DNA of 64,000 nt from an uncultured Actinomycetes bacterium. GTDB taxonomy: Bacteria; Actinomycetota; UBA4738; HRBIN12. Shown piece by piece: positions 11,517 to 21,188 of the stretch. Both the position numbers and the translations under genes were made by a program. The stretch spans positions 134,431-198,430 of the forward strand of contig CAVSLG010000018.1 of NCBI GenBank assembly GCA_963728665.1, in the 5' to 3' direction. The notes under the pieces were generated by a model. That model saw only the letters and a program-made list of their open reading frames with translations, was not told the DNA's origin and did not search any database. Numbering within the stretch: the stretch's first letter is position 1; every line of letters begins with the position of its first letter.

Positions 11517-12182
11517 ATGTTCCCTCGGAAGCTGTTGATCCCCGGCGAGGAGGTCGTGCTGGAGCTGCGGCCGCACCCGGTCGCGCTGGCCGCGCCGGCG
11601 ATCGCGCTGGTCGTCGGCACGGCCGTCGCATCGTGGATCGCGACCAAGACGGACGGCGTCGTGGTCTGGGTCGTGTGGGCCGCCTGGCTCGCCTTGATGC
11701 TCGGGTACGTCGTGCCGAAGGTGGTCGGCTGGTGGACGTCGATCTTCGTCATCTCGACCGATCGCGTGATCAGCCGCGAGGGCTTCATCGCGAAGCGCTC
11801 GATGGAGATACCGCTCGAGCAGGTGAACGACGTGCGGTTCGAGCAGGGCATCTTCGACCGGATCGTGGGGGCCGGCACCCTCCTGATCCAGTCGGCGAGC
11901 ACGACCGGCACGAACTCGTTCGATCACATCCGCCACCCCGAGGACGTGCAGCGGACGATCTTCCATCAGGGCGAGCTGAACCAGCACAGATCGGCGCATC
12001 GATCGGTGCCGGCGCCCACCCCCGCCGCGGGGGCCCCCGCGCGTCCCGATGGCTCAACCGCGCCGCCGGCCTCGCCCTCGGTCACGACCGAGTTGGAGCG
12101 CCTCGCCGACCTGCGTGCGCGGGGCGTGCTCACCGAGGAGGAGTTCCAGGCCCAGAAGGCCCGCATCCTCGGCCAGGGCTAG
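11517..12182 (+). CDS. Membrane-flanked bacterial PH domain protein with C-terminal SHOCT
   Basis: GEEVVLELRPH, two TM, STDRVISREG..EIPLEQV..DRIVGAGTL; C-terminal LERLADLRARGVLTEEEFQAQKARIL. Confidence 0.85.
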   Translation: MFPRKLLIPGEEVVLELRPHPVALAAPAIALVVGTAVASWIATKTDGVVVWVVWAAWLALMLGYVVPKVVGWWTSIFVISTDRVISREGFIAKRSMEIPLEQVNDVRFEQGIFDRIVGAGTLLIQSASTTGTNSFDHIRHPEDVQRTIFHQGELNQHRSAHRSVPAPTPAAGAPARPDGSTAPPASPSVTTELERLADLRARGVLTEEEFQAQKARILGQG

Positions 12183-12194
12183 CGTCGGCCAGGC

Positions 12195-13181
12195 CTAGCG
12201 TCGGCCAGGACCGAACGTGGCGGCCCCGGCCGCGAGCACGAGCACGGTGTCTCCTTCGGCGAGGAGCAGGTCGCCGGCCGGGTTGGCGATCACCTCTCCG
12301 TTCATGCGACGCACCGCGAGCACCGGGCCTCCCGCGTCCGTCACCGGGCGGCCGTCGAGGGTGGACCCGTGCGCGACCACCCGCTCCTCCACGGAGAGCG
12401 CGGGCCCGCCCTCTTCCTCGCCGAGCACGTCGACGAGCTCCGGGCGCATCGCCATCTTCGCCATGTGCTGGCCGCTGGTGACGAACGGGGAGACCACCCG
12501 ATCCGCGCCGGCTCGCTCGAGTCGCTCGGGGGAACCGGGCTCGGAGGCGCGAGCCACGATCTGGAGGTCGGGCCGGATCGAGCGAGCGATCAGCGTGATG
12601 TAGACGTTCGTGGCGTCGGAGTCCACGGCACAGACGAGGGAGCGTGCGCGTTCGACGCCGGCACGCTTGAGCACCGCCTCGCTCGACGGGTCGTCGATCA
12701 GGTAGGGCACCCCGTCGGCCTCCATGCGCTCGCGCAGATCCTCCTGCGGGTCGATCACCACGAACGGCCGTCCGTTCGCGCGCAGCTCCCTTGCGACCGC
12801 GCGCCCGACCCGCCCGTAGGCGCAGATGATCGTGTGGTTCCGAAGCCGGTCGATCTCGCGTTCCATCCGTCGCCTCCTGCTCCGCGCGCCGAGCTGGCTC
12901 TCCGCCACCATCTGCGCGATCAACGCCACCGAGATCAGCGCCAGGCCGACGCCCATCACGAGCAGCACGATCGTGAACACGCGCCCCTGGGCGTCGAGCG
13001 GGCGCACCTCCCTGAACCCGACCGTGGTGAGCGTGATCACCGTCATGTACACGGCGTCCAGCAGCGACCAGTCTTCGAGTACCCAGTACCCGAGCACGCC
13101 GAAGACGAACACGGCGACGAGCGCCGCGACCGTCCACCGGACGCGTCGTGAGAGGTCCGTCCCCGCGGTCGTGCCGTTCAC
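12195..13181 (-). CDS. Potassium channel protein with TrkA/RCK domains
   Basis: ITLTTVGF selectivity filter, ICAYGRVG NAD-binding RCK-N, RCK-C. Confidence 0.9.
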   Translation of the reverse strand: MNGTTAGTDLSRRVRWTVAALVAVFVFGVLGYWVLEDWSLLDAVYMTVITLTTVGFREVRPLDAQGRVFTIVLLVMGVGLALISVALIAQMVAESQLGARSRRRRMEREIDRLRNHTIICAYGRVGRAVARELRANGRPFVVIDPQEDLRERMEADGVPYLIDDPSSEAVLKRAGVERARSLVCAVDSDATNVYITLIARSIRPDLQIVARASEPGSPERLERAGADRVVSPFVTSGQHMAKMAMRPELVDVLGEEEGGPALSVEERVVAHGSTLDGRPVTDAGGPVLAVRRMNGEVIANPAGDLLLAEGDTVLVLAAGAATFGPGRR

Positions 13182-13269
13182 GAGCGGAGGCTACCCCGTG
13201 CGACCGGACGTGTCGGCGGCCGTTCGGCCCGAGTGACGCGGGCACCGGGCCCGTGCGACCATCGCGGCG

Positions 13270-13617
13270 ATGATCGGCGAGATCGACCACGTCTACTACT
13301 GGGTGCGCGACATGGACGCCGCGGTGGCGTTCTACCGCGACGTGCTCGGGCTGCCGCTCCTGCGGCGAGACGGCGACGAGTGGGCGGAGTTCGACGCGGG
13401 TGCGATCCGGTTGGCCCTGCACGGCGGCGGCGACGTGTCGCAGGGCAACGGCACCGTCGTCTTCCGCGTGGCCGACCTCGACGAGGTGCGGATCGTGCTC
13501 GGTGGCCGTGGGGGACACGTCGACGAGCACGTCGGGGAGGTCGAGGGGTTCGCCCGTTTCGCCACGGTGCGGGACCCCGACGGCAACCCCGTGCAGCTGA
13601 TCGAGTACGTGGCATGA
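13270..13617 (+). CDS. VOC/glyoxalase family protein
   Basis: VRDMDAAVAFYRDVLG ... RDPDGNPVQL. Confidence 0.88.
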   Translation: MIGEIDHVYYWVRDMDAAVAFYRDVLGLPLLRRDGDEWAEFDAGAIRLALHGGGDVSQGNGTVVFRVADLDEVRIVLGGRGGHVDEHVGEVEGFARFATVRDPDGNPVQLIEYVA

Positions 13618-16600
13618 CCACCGAGGGGGCGGCGGACCGCCCACGGGGCTCCGGGGGCGCCCCCGATGAGGCGCTGGGCCTCGAGCCGTGCCGGCGATGC
13701 GGCGAGGTCGTCTCGGCCGGTGCGAACTTCTGCCCGAACTGCGGCGCGCCGATCGTGGTGCCCGCCGCGTCGGAGCGCCGCGTGGTCACGGTGGTCTTCG
13801 CGGACCTGGCCGGATCGACCGAGCTCGCGGCGATGCTCGATCCGGAGCGCTTCCGCGACGTGCTCGCGGCGTTCCACGGCATGGTGACCGACGAGATCAC
13901 GGCGCTCGGCGGACGGGCAGAGGGATTCATCGGCGACGCCGTGCTCGGCGTCTTCGGTGTGCCGATGCTGCACGACGACGATGCCGAGCGAGGGGTCCGC
14001 GCGGGGCTCGCGATCGCGCAGCGGGCGGGTCGCATCGGCGCTCGGTTGGAGCTGCCGGTCCCGGTGCACGTGCGGGTCGGCGTGAACACCGGACCGGTCG
14101 CGGTTGGTACGCCCTCGGACCGCAACATCGTGATCGGGGCGGAGGTCAACATCGGCGCGCGGTTGCAGCAGGCGGCAGAGCCCGGCGAGGTGCTCGTGGG
14201 CGAGCGGACGCGCCTGCTCGTCGGCGACGCGATCGAGTTCGGCGAGCGCCGGCTGATCGAGGCCAAGGGCTTCGAGGAGGCGATGGCGGCGTGGCCGGCT
14301 GCCGGCGTCGTCGGACCGCAGACCCGCCGGTCGATCTCGCTCGTGAACCGCCGGCGCGAGCTCGCCCTGCTCAGCGACACGTTCGAGCGGGTGCGGGTGC
14401 GCGAGCGCGCCCACCTCGTCTCACTGCTCGGCGAGCCCGGCATCGGCAAGACCCGGGTGGTCGAGGAGTTCCTCGCCGGCCTGCCCGAGGGGGTGCGCGT
14501 GCTCGCGGGTCGGTCGAGCGTCTTCGAGGAAGAGGTCACGTTCTGGCCGCTCGCGCAGATGGTCTACCGGGAGATCGGCGCCGACCGCAGCGCCTCGGAC
14601 GACGAGGTGCACGATCGCCTGCGCTCGTTCGTGCAGGAGTGGGTGGCGGACGACGACGTCGACGAAGCCGCCCGCAGGCTCGCGATGGCGCTCGGCGTCG
14701 ACGCCGACCGCGAGGAGCAGCGCTACCACGCCGCCGAGGTGCGCAGGGGCATGCTGAGCGTGCTCACGGGCCTCGCGTCGCGCGGCCCGGTCGTCCTCGT
14801 CTTCGAGGACCTGCAGGAGGCCGACCCCGTGCTGCTCGACCTGATCGAGCAGCTCGTGAAGGAGGCCCGCAAGGTGCCCCTGATGGTGCTCTGCGTGGCA
14901 CGGTGGGAGTTCCTGGAACAGCGGCCGAGCTGGGCCGGGGGCATCGCCGACAACGTGACGCTGTGGGTCGAGCCGCTCACGATCGGCCACGCAGCCGAGC
15001 TCGCGATGGAAGCCGGCGGTCTGCGTCACGACGACGCCGAGCGCGTCGCCCAGCACGCCGGGGGCAACCCGTTCTTCATCGTCGAGATCGTCGGCATGCT
15101 GCGCCGGGAGGAGCGCGATCTGCCCCCGTGGGGACCCGCGCCCAGCGGACGACTCCTGCCACCCACCGTGCAGGCCGTGATCGCGGCCCGTATCGACCAG
15201 CTCTCCCCGGCGGCACGCGAGCTCGTGCGGCGGGCGGCGGTCTTCCCTCAGGGGCGCTTCGACCTCGAGGAGCTGTCGCTCCTGGTCGAGCCCCGTCAGG
15301 AGCTGCTCGACGAGGCCGAGGACGACGAGCTGTTGATGCGCGACGAGGACCGTCCCGGCGTGTGGCGCTTCGGTTCCGACGTGCTCCGCGACGTGGCCTA
15401 CGACTCGCTGGCCAAGCGCGAGCGCCAGCGTCTGCACCTGCGGGTGGCGAACAAGCTGTCCGAGGGCGACCACCCCGATCGCTTCCCCCGCACGGTCGCG
15501 TTCCATCTGGAACAGGCGGCCCAGGCCGCCCTCGACCTGAATCCCGGCGATCGCACGCTGGCCGAGCGCGCCGTCGATGCCCTCGCCCACGCCGGCCACA
15601 TCGCGCGCCGCCGCATCGAGTCGCGCTCGGCCGCCGACCTGTACGAGCGGGCGTTGGTCATGGCCGGGCCCGACGAACGCTGGGGCGAGCGGGAAGCGTG
15701 GATCCTCAGCGTGCTGGGCGAGGCCCGCTACTGGCTGGGAGAGTTCGACGCCGCCGAGTCGGCGCTGCGCCGCGCCCTCGGGCTCGGTGGGGACTCCAGC
15801 GACAAGGTGTGCGCGCACGCCTCGCGGTTCCTCGCCGACATCACGCTCACGATCCACGGTGACGCCCCGCTGGCGGGGGCGCTGTTCGAACGCTCGCTGC
15901 AGGCGGCGCGCCGGTTGGGAGAGCCGCACGTCCTCGCCCGCACCCTGCTCATGGCCGGTTGGGTGCCGTTCTGGTCGAACGACCTGCCGACGGCCGAGTC
16001 GATGTTCCGTGAGGCGCTCGACGCCGCCCGCTCGGCGGAGGGCGGCGACCCGTGGGGCGAGTCGCGTTCCCTGGTCGGCATCGCCAACGTGATCTCGCCT
16101 GCCGGCGACGAGGAGGAGGCGCTGCGCGTCGGCCTCGAAGCCCTCGCCGTGGGAGAGGACGCCGGTCAGGCGTTCACCGCAGCCGTCGCGCACGAGACGG
16201 TGGCCGCCTCGCTCCGGCGCCTGATGCGGATCGACGAGGCCCTCGACCACGCGGAGGCGGCGATCCGGACGTTCCGCGAGCTGGGCGCGCGGTGGGAGCT
16301 CGCGAGCGCGCTCGGCGATCGTGGTGCGACCTATCGGCTCGCCGGCCGCCTCGAGGAGGCGGAGACGGACCTGCGCGAGGCGTTCGTGCTCTGCCGCGAC
16401 CTGCAGGAGCGGGCGCTGGTCACATGGACCGCCGCCGAGCTCGCGCGCATCCTCGCGACCCGAGGCGACCCTTCGTCGGCTCGCCAGGTGCTCTCGGACC
16501 CCACCGCCCGCCTGGCCGACGGCGAGCCCGGCTCGTCGACGGCGCTGCTCACGGCCGAGTGTCTCGTGGCCCTCGTGGAAGGGGACGAGGCCACCGCCCG

Positions 16601-16811
16601 CATGAAGGCCACAACCGCGATCGAGACCGAGGCCGGCCCCGGGGGAGTGACGAACGTGTGGGCGGCGCAGGTGTGGTGGGCGGGCAGCCTCTTCGGACCC
16701 GAAGCCGCGGGCGGCGAGGACGCGTTCACCGAGGCGAGAGACCTGCTCGAACGTCACCACTGGAAGCAGGCCCTGCGGGAGCCTGAACTGGCCTCCCTCC
16801 TGCGACGGTAG
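13614..16811 (+). CDS. Zinc ribbon - class III nucleotide cyclase - STAND AAA ATPase - TPR protein
   Basis: CRRC..CPNC, FADLAGST, FIGDAV, VNIGARLQ, GEPGIGKT, FEDLQEAD, GGNPFF, helical TPR-like C-terminus; ATGA overlap with the VOC gene. Confidence 0.92.
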   Translation: MTTEGAADRPRGSGGAPDEALGLEPCRRCGEVVSAGANFCPNCGAPIVVPAASERRVVTVVFADLAGSTELAAMLDPERFRDVLAAFHGMVTDEITALGGRAEGFIGDAVLGVFGVPMLHDDDAERGVRAGLAIAQRAGRIGARLELPVPVHVRVGVNTGPVAVGTPSDRNIVIGAEVNIGARLQQAAEPGEVLVGERTRLLVGDAIEFGERRLIEAKGFEEAMAAWPAAGVVGPQTRRSISLVNRRRELALLSDTFERVRVRERAHLVSLLGEPGIGKTRVVEEFLAGLPEGVRVLAGRSSVFEEEVTFWPLAQMVYREIGADRSASDDEVHDRLRSFVQEWVADDDVDEAARRLAMALGVDADREEQRYHAAEVRRGMLSVLTGLASRGPVVLVFEDLQEADPVLLDLIEQLVKEARKVPLMVLCVARWEFLEQRPSWAGGIADNVTLWVEPLTIGHAAELAMEAGGLRHDDAERVAQHAGGNPFFIVEIVGMLRREERDLPPWGPAPSGRLLPPTVQAVIAARIDQLSPAARELVRRAAVFPQGRFDLEELSLLVEPRQELLDEAEDDELLMRDEDRPGVWRFGSDVLRDVAYDSLAKRERQRLHLRVANKLSEGDHPDRFPRTVAFHLEQAAQAALDLNPGDRTLAERAVDALAHAGHIARRRIESRSAADLYERALVMAGPDERWGEREAWILSVLGEARYWLGEFDAAESALRRALGLGGDSSDKVCAHASRFLADITLTIHGDAPLAGALFERSLQAARRLGEPHVLARTLLMAGWVPFWSNDLPTAESMFREALDAARSAEGGDPWGESRSLVGIANVISPAGDEEEALRVGLEALAVGEDAGQAFTAAVAHETVAASLRRLMRIDEALDHAEAAIRTFRELGARWELASALGDRGATYRLAGRLEEAETDLREAFVLCRDLQERALVTWTAAELARILATRGDPSSARQVLSDPTARLADGEPGSSTALLTAECLVALVEGDEATARMKATTAIETEAGPGGVTNVWAAQVWWAGSLFGPEAAGGEDAFTEARDLLERHHWKQALREPELASLLRR

Positions 16812-16952
16812 GCCGTCGGGCCGTCGCGGGCTCAAGGGTTCGGGGTCTCGGCCCGAGGATGGTTGCATCGGCCCCGAACCCGGGGGAGCCTGTGAGGGCT
16901 TCGGGCCGGTTGCCAACCCTTCCCCCGGTCCGATATGGGTAGACGCTCATTC

Positions 16953-18137
16953 ATGACGAGAACGGACCACTCCTTCCCCGTGGCGTTCCGCGTCGTCGCG
17001 ATCGCGATCGCGCTCGTCGCCCTCGTCGGGCTGGCCGCCGCCAGCGGATCCGCGAGCCCCAAGGACGAGCTGCAGGAGGCCCGCGACGATCGTCGTTCGG
17101 CCGAGGCCAGCCTCTCCGCCGCCCAGTCCGAGCTCGGATCGATCCAGGAGCGTCTCGACCGAGCCCTGCTCGAGCTGGAGGAGGCGACCGGCCGGCTGGA
17201 AGAGGTCACGGCGAACCTCCAGGCCACTCGCGAGGAGCGCGATCGGGCCGAGGCGCGGTTCGCGCGCATCGAGTCCCGGTTGAACGAGCGCGCGGCCGAG
17301 GTCTTCATGGAAGGGCCGGCGTCCGACATCGGCTTCTACCTCGGAGCATCGTCGTTGTCGGAGCTCTCCGATCGGATCGAGTTCGTCGACGTCGTGCAGC
17401 AGGACGACGCCGACCTCGCGCAGGAGGTCCTGAACCTGCGCAACGAGCTCCTGGCGACCGAGGAGCGCCTCGAGGAGCTGCAGTCCGAGGCGCGGCGACG
17501 CCAGGCAGCGGCGCAGGAGCTGCAGGACGAGGTGGCGGCCGCCCTCCAGCAGCAGCAAGCGATCCTCGTCGACGTGAAGGACACGCTCGCCGGGGCGGAG
17601 GCGGACGAACGAGCGGCCGAGAAGGCGTACCAGAAGTTCCTCGCGTCGCAGAGCTACGCCAGCCACTCGTCGGTCGCGCTGCCCCAGGAGTGGCAGGGCG
17701 TGTTCGAGGCGTGCCCCGTCGACCAGCCGCGAGGGTTCGGCGACGGGTTCGGCGCCCCGCGGTACGTGGGCGGCTATCACCTGCACAAAGGGGTCGACAT
17801 CGTCGCACCGCTGGGCACCCCGATCCGTGCGACCTTCGACGGGATGGCGAGCGACGCCACGAACATCTACGGCGGCAAAGCCGTCTACGTGCAGGGGAAG
17901 TTCGGCTCGACGTACAACGCGCACATGACCTCGATCGCGAAGCTCGGGCCGGTGCAGGCCGGCGACGTGATCGGCTACGTCGGTTCCGACGGCCTGGCGG
18001 GCGGCGAGACGAACCACAACCACTTCGAGTTCCGCCCGAACGTGATGCCCTCGAACTGGCCCGCGAGCTACTACGGGTACTCGATCATCGAGGACGCGAT
18101 CAACCCGTACCCGCTGCTCGTGGCGGCTTGCGGCTAG
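16953..18137 (+). CDS. Secreted coiled-coil M23 family peptidoglycan endopeptidase
   Basis: Signal peptide, long coiled coil, HKGVD (HxxxD) and NHNHFE (HxH) zinc motifs. Confidence 0.9.
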   Translation: MTRTDHSFPVAFRVVAIAIALVALVGLAAASGSASPKDELQEARDDRRSAEASLSAAQSELGSIQERLDRALLELEEATGRLEEVTANLQATREERDRAEARFARIESRLNERAAEVFMEGPASDIGFYLGASSLSELSDRIEFVDVVQQDDADLAQEVLNLRNELLATEERLEELQSEARRRQAAAQELQDEVAAALQQQQAILVDVKDTLAGAEADERAAEKAYQKFLASQSYASHSSVALPQEWQGVFEACPVDQPRGFGDGFGAPRYVGGYHLHKGVDIVAPLGTPIRATFDGMASDATNIYGGKAVYVQGKFGSTYNAHMTSIAKLGPVQAGDVIGYVGSDGLAGGETNHNHFEFRPNVMPSNWPASYYGYSIIEDAINPYPLLVAACG

Positions 18138-18907
18138 CGGGCCCGGCCGCGGAGCAGTAGCCCGACCCCGATCAGGAAGACCACACCTGCTGCGACGAGC
18201 AGCGCCATGGCCACCGGCGGTGTGCCTCCCTCCTCGGTGCCGGTCGGGCTCGGCGACGGCGCCGGTACACCGGCGATCACCACGTAGCCGAGCCCGGGGA
18301 CCTCAGCCTCGGCCTGCTGCTGGCCAGGGGAATCGGTGGTCTCGAGCGCCTCCCAGGACTCGCCGTCGCGTGAGAAGAGCATCTCGTGCGTGTTCGCGTG
18401 CAACGTCGAGGTCGCCGGGTACACGAGGATCACCTGGATCGGCCGGTCCAGGTCGCCGATCCGATCGCGGGAGGGCCGGTACGTCGCGCTGAAGCGAACG
18501 GCGTTGCCGAAGGCGGCGAGGTCGCCCCCGGGCGGTGCGAGCTCGGCCGGGTCGACCGGTTCCACGAGCAGCTCCACCGATCGCTGCTTCGGCGCCGTGC
18601 CGATCGAGCCGTCGTCGATCACGACGGTGACCTGACTGTCGGAGGTGAACACCACCTGGGTGCCGACCCCTCCCTCGAGGAGCGGGAGGTCGAACCGCCC
18701 CGAGCTGGGCTCCTGGTTCGTGGCCGCGAGCTCGGGAGGCGGCGAGACCCACCGGTAGTTGACGGGGCCGAGACCGTCGAGCAGGGGGCCGCGCGCGAGC
18801 GGCGAGAGCGAGCCCGACCACGCGGCCAGGGCCGCGTAGGCCACGATCACCGCGACGCCCGCGACCAACGCCATGCGGGCACCGCGGTCCGCAGGCTCCG
18901 TCGTCAC
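18134..18907 (-). CDS. Hypothetical surface protein with N-terminal TM and C-terminal TM anchor + basic tail
   Basis: GTG start overlapping the upstream stop; PLLDG..NYRWVSPP; Pro/Thr linker then TM-RGRAR. Confidence 0.65.
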   Translation of the reverse strand: MTTEPADRGARMALVAGVAVIVAYAALAAWSGSLSPLARGPLLDGLGPVNYRWVSPPPELAATNQEPSSGRFDLPLLEGGVGTQVVFTSDSQVTVVIDDGSIGTAPKQRSVELLVEPVDPAELAPPGGDLAAFGNAVRFSATYRPSRDRIGDLDRPIQVILVYPATSTLHANTHEMLFSRDGESWEALETTDSPGQQQAEAEVPGLGYVVIAGVPAPSPSPTGTEEGGTPPVAMALLVAAGVVFLIGVGLLLRGRAR

Positions 18908-20163
18908 GGGGCGATGTCCATCGCTCGGACCTCCTGGGTCGCGAGCTCGGGCGGCCAGACCACCATGTGTTCCCCGGGCACCATCCACTCCCAGATCACG
19001 GCCGCCGCGGCGACGTTGTCCCCGGCGGTCGCGGTGCCGGGCTCGCCGAACCGCAGGCCGCTGCCGTTGGGCAGGCTCCCCATCGGCAGGTCGATCGCGA
19101 GCGCGGCCTCGGCGATCGCGTCGGGGGAGAGGTCGTCCGCGGCGGGCATGACCTCGGCGAACAGGGCCCACGCCGCGGAGAACCCGGCGAGGGCGGCGGG
19201 GCTCATCTCCTCGCCCCATCGCGCGTCGTAGGCGGTGCGGGCACGCTCGAGGAGCGCGGCACCGTCGGGCCGCAGCGTGGACGGGTCGATCGCGTCGCCG
19301 CTGGGCTTGTCCGAGGCGAACAGGCCGACGGCGCCCTGTCCCAAAGCCGCGCCGAACTCCGGCATGCAGTACGACGACGAGGTACCGATGCTCGCCAGCA
19401 GGTCGACGTCGTTGCGCACGAGGGCGCGCCGTAGCTCGACCGCGTCGACGAGGTAGGCAGAGACGAAGAGCACGTCGGCGCCCGAGCGGTCGATGCGTCG
19501 AGCCAGCGCGTCGTAGTCGACCGTGCGGAAGTCGTACCCGAACCTCCCCGCCACCTCGAGATCGAGATCGGCCGCCGCCTGGAGGGCTCCGTCCGCGACC
19601 GATCGTCCGTAGACGTCGTCGACGAAGGAGACCGCGTAGCGCAGATCGTCAGGGTCGCGCCCGAACGCCTCGGCGAGCGGTCCGTCCACGAACGAGATCG
19701 CGTTGCGTCCGAGCACCGCGCCGGTCGGCGGCATGCGGAACGTGCGCACCCCCTGCTCGGACCGCCGGGTCAACATGCCGACGGCCCCCGTCTCCCAGAA
19801 CAGCATGTCGTTGGCGGCCGCCGTCTGCGACGCGGGCGCCGAGATCGTGCTGCCGTAGCTGCCGAGCACGACGTCGACGCCGTCGGCGTGCAGGTCCTCG
19901 ATCGCCGCGGGCGCTGCCTCGGCGGCCGAGACGTCGGTGGAGACGATGTCGATCGTGCGGCCGCCGACGCCGCCGTCGGCGTTCGCGAGCTGTGCCGCGA
20001 GCAGGGCGCCTCGGTGCTCGTCGATGCCGCCTTGACCCTGGGATCCCGACAGCGGATAGACGGCTCCGACCCGGATCGGGTCGTCGCTCGGCTCGGTCGG
20101 GCCCGTCGAGCATGCCGCGGCGGCGAACGCCACGACGGCCATCAGGGCAAGTCCGCGTCTCAT
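18904..20163 (-). CDS. ABC-type branched-chain amino-acid-like substrate-binding lipoprotein
   Basis: Lipobox AAAC, IRVGAVYPLSG, NADGGVGGRTI, LGSYGS. Confidence 0.85.
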   Translation of the reverse strand: MRRGLALMAVVAFAAAACSTGPTEPSDDPIRVGAVYPLSGSQGQGGIDEHRGALLAAQLANADGGVGGRTIDIVSTDVSAAEAAPAAIEDLHADGVDVVLGSYGSTISAPASQTAAANDMLFWETGAVGMLTRRSEQGVRTFRMPPTGAVLGRNAISFVDGPLAEAFGRDPDDLRYAVSFVDDVYGRSVADGALQAAADLDLEVAGRFGYDFRTVDYDALARRIDRSGADVLFVSAYLVDAVELRRALVRNDVDLLASIGTSSSYCMPEFGAALGQGAVGLFASDKPSGDAIDPSTLRPDGAALLERARTAYDARWGEEMSPAALAGFSAAWALFAEVMPAADDLSPDAIAEAALAIDLPMGSLPNGSGLRFGEPGTATAGDNVAAAAVIWEWMVPGEHMVVWPPELATQEVRAMDIAP

Positions 20164-20747
20164 CGCAACACCGTCATCGCCAGGTTGGCCGCCGCGTGGG
20201 TCGCCGCCGGAACGGTCCAGGTTCCCGATGCCCACCGCTGCCACGACAGCAGCAGGCCGGCGCCGAGGTCGACGGGGAAGGCGGCGACCCCGTACAGCGG
20301 CACGTGCACGAGCGCGAACGCCAGCGCGGTGATGCTGACGGCCACGATCGCGCCATGTCGTTGCAGCGCCCCGTACGCCGCCCTACGGAACAAGGCCTCT
20401 TCGGCGACGGCCGCGAGCAGCGCGAGCGGCAGCGCCCACGCCGCGTACGGGGCGGCGACGGGGCGTCCGCCCGTCGCGAGCGCGAGGGCCACGGCGGCGA
20501 GCCCGGCCGAGAGCACGACGGCGGGGCTGAGCCTCGCCCGGTCGGGAGTCGCGGGCACGAGCAGCGACCCTACGAGGACGGCGAGCAGGATCAGCGTGAG
20601 GCCGACGAGGCGTCCGGTCGTGCCGAGCGCGGGCAGCCAGAGCCGCATCAGCAGCAACGCCGCGCCGGCCGCCACCAGGCCGGCCGTGGCGAGATCGGCG
20701 CGGGCATCGTGCGCGGGGCGAGTCGTGAGCCTGGCGACGGGGGTCAT
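20160..20747 (-). CDS. CPBP (CAAX/Abi) family intramembrane glutamic endopeptidase
   Basis: AEEALFR, FALVH, ATHAAAN motifs; multi-TM. Confidence 0.88.
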   Translation of the reverse strand: MTPVARLTTRPAHDARADLATAGLVAAGAALLLMRLWLPALGTTGRLVGLTLILLAVLVGSLLVPATPDRARLSPAVVLSAGLAAVALALATGGRPVAAPYAAWALPLALLAAVAEEALFRRAAYGALQRHGAIVAVSITALAFALVHVPLYGVAAFPVDLGAGLLLSWQRWASGTWTVPAATHAAANLAMTVLR

Positions 20748-21187
20748 CCCTTCACCTCGAAGGTCACGGCGGCCAGCACCCTCGGATCGAACGGCGCGTG
20801 ATCGTTGGCCACGAACTCCACCTGGATCAGGTGTTCGCCGGGCGTGAGGTCGGTGAGCGTCTGCGACGTCCCCGAGGTCATCGAGACGAGCTTCCCGTCG
20901 AGGGTGACGTGGAGATGGCCCTCGTCGGGTTGCAGGTCGGTCGAGGTCTGGTCGACGACCTCGGCGCCCTGCAGGTCGATCTCGAGCTGCGCGGTGTCGC
21001 CCGCGAGTCGATCGCCGTTCTCGGGGCTCGCGATCGTGAGCTCGGCCGTGCTGGCGGGGCGTTCAGCCGCCACCGTGGCCGTCGGCACCGATGGCGACAC
21101 GTCGTCGCCGGCGCCGTTCCCACCGCAGCCCGACAGCGCCGCGACGACCGCGGCGACGGCGACGGGCGCGATGCGGACCGGTCTCAT
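20744..21187 (-). CDS. His-motif lipoprotein (DUF4399-like Ig fold)
   Basis: Lipobox LSGC; EGHLHVTLDG..GEHLIQVEFVANDHAPFDPRV. Confidence 0.7.
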   Translation of the reverse strand: MRPVRIAPVAVAAVVAALSGCGGNGAGDDVSPSVPTATVAAERPASTAELTIASPENGDRLAGDTAQLEIDLQGAEVVDQTSTDLQPDEGHLHVTLDGKLVSMTSGTSQTLTDLTPGEHLIQVEFVANDHAPFDPRVLAAVTFEVKG

Positions 21188-21188
21188 A

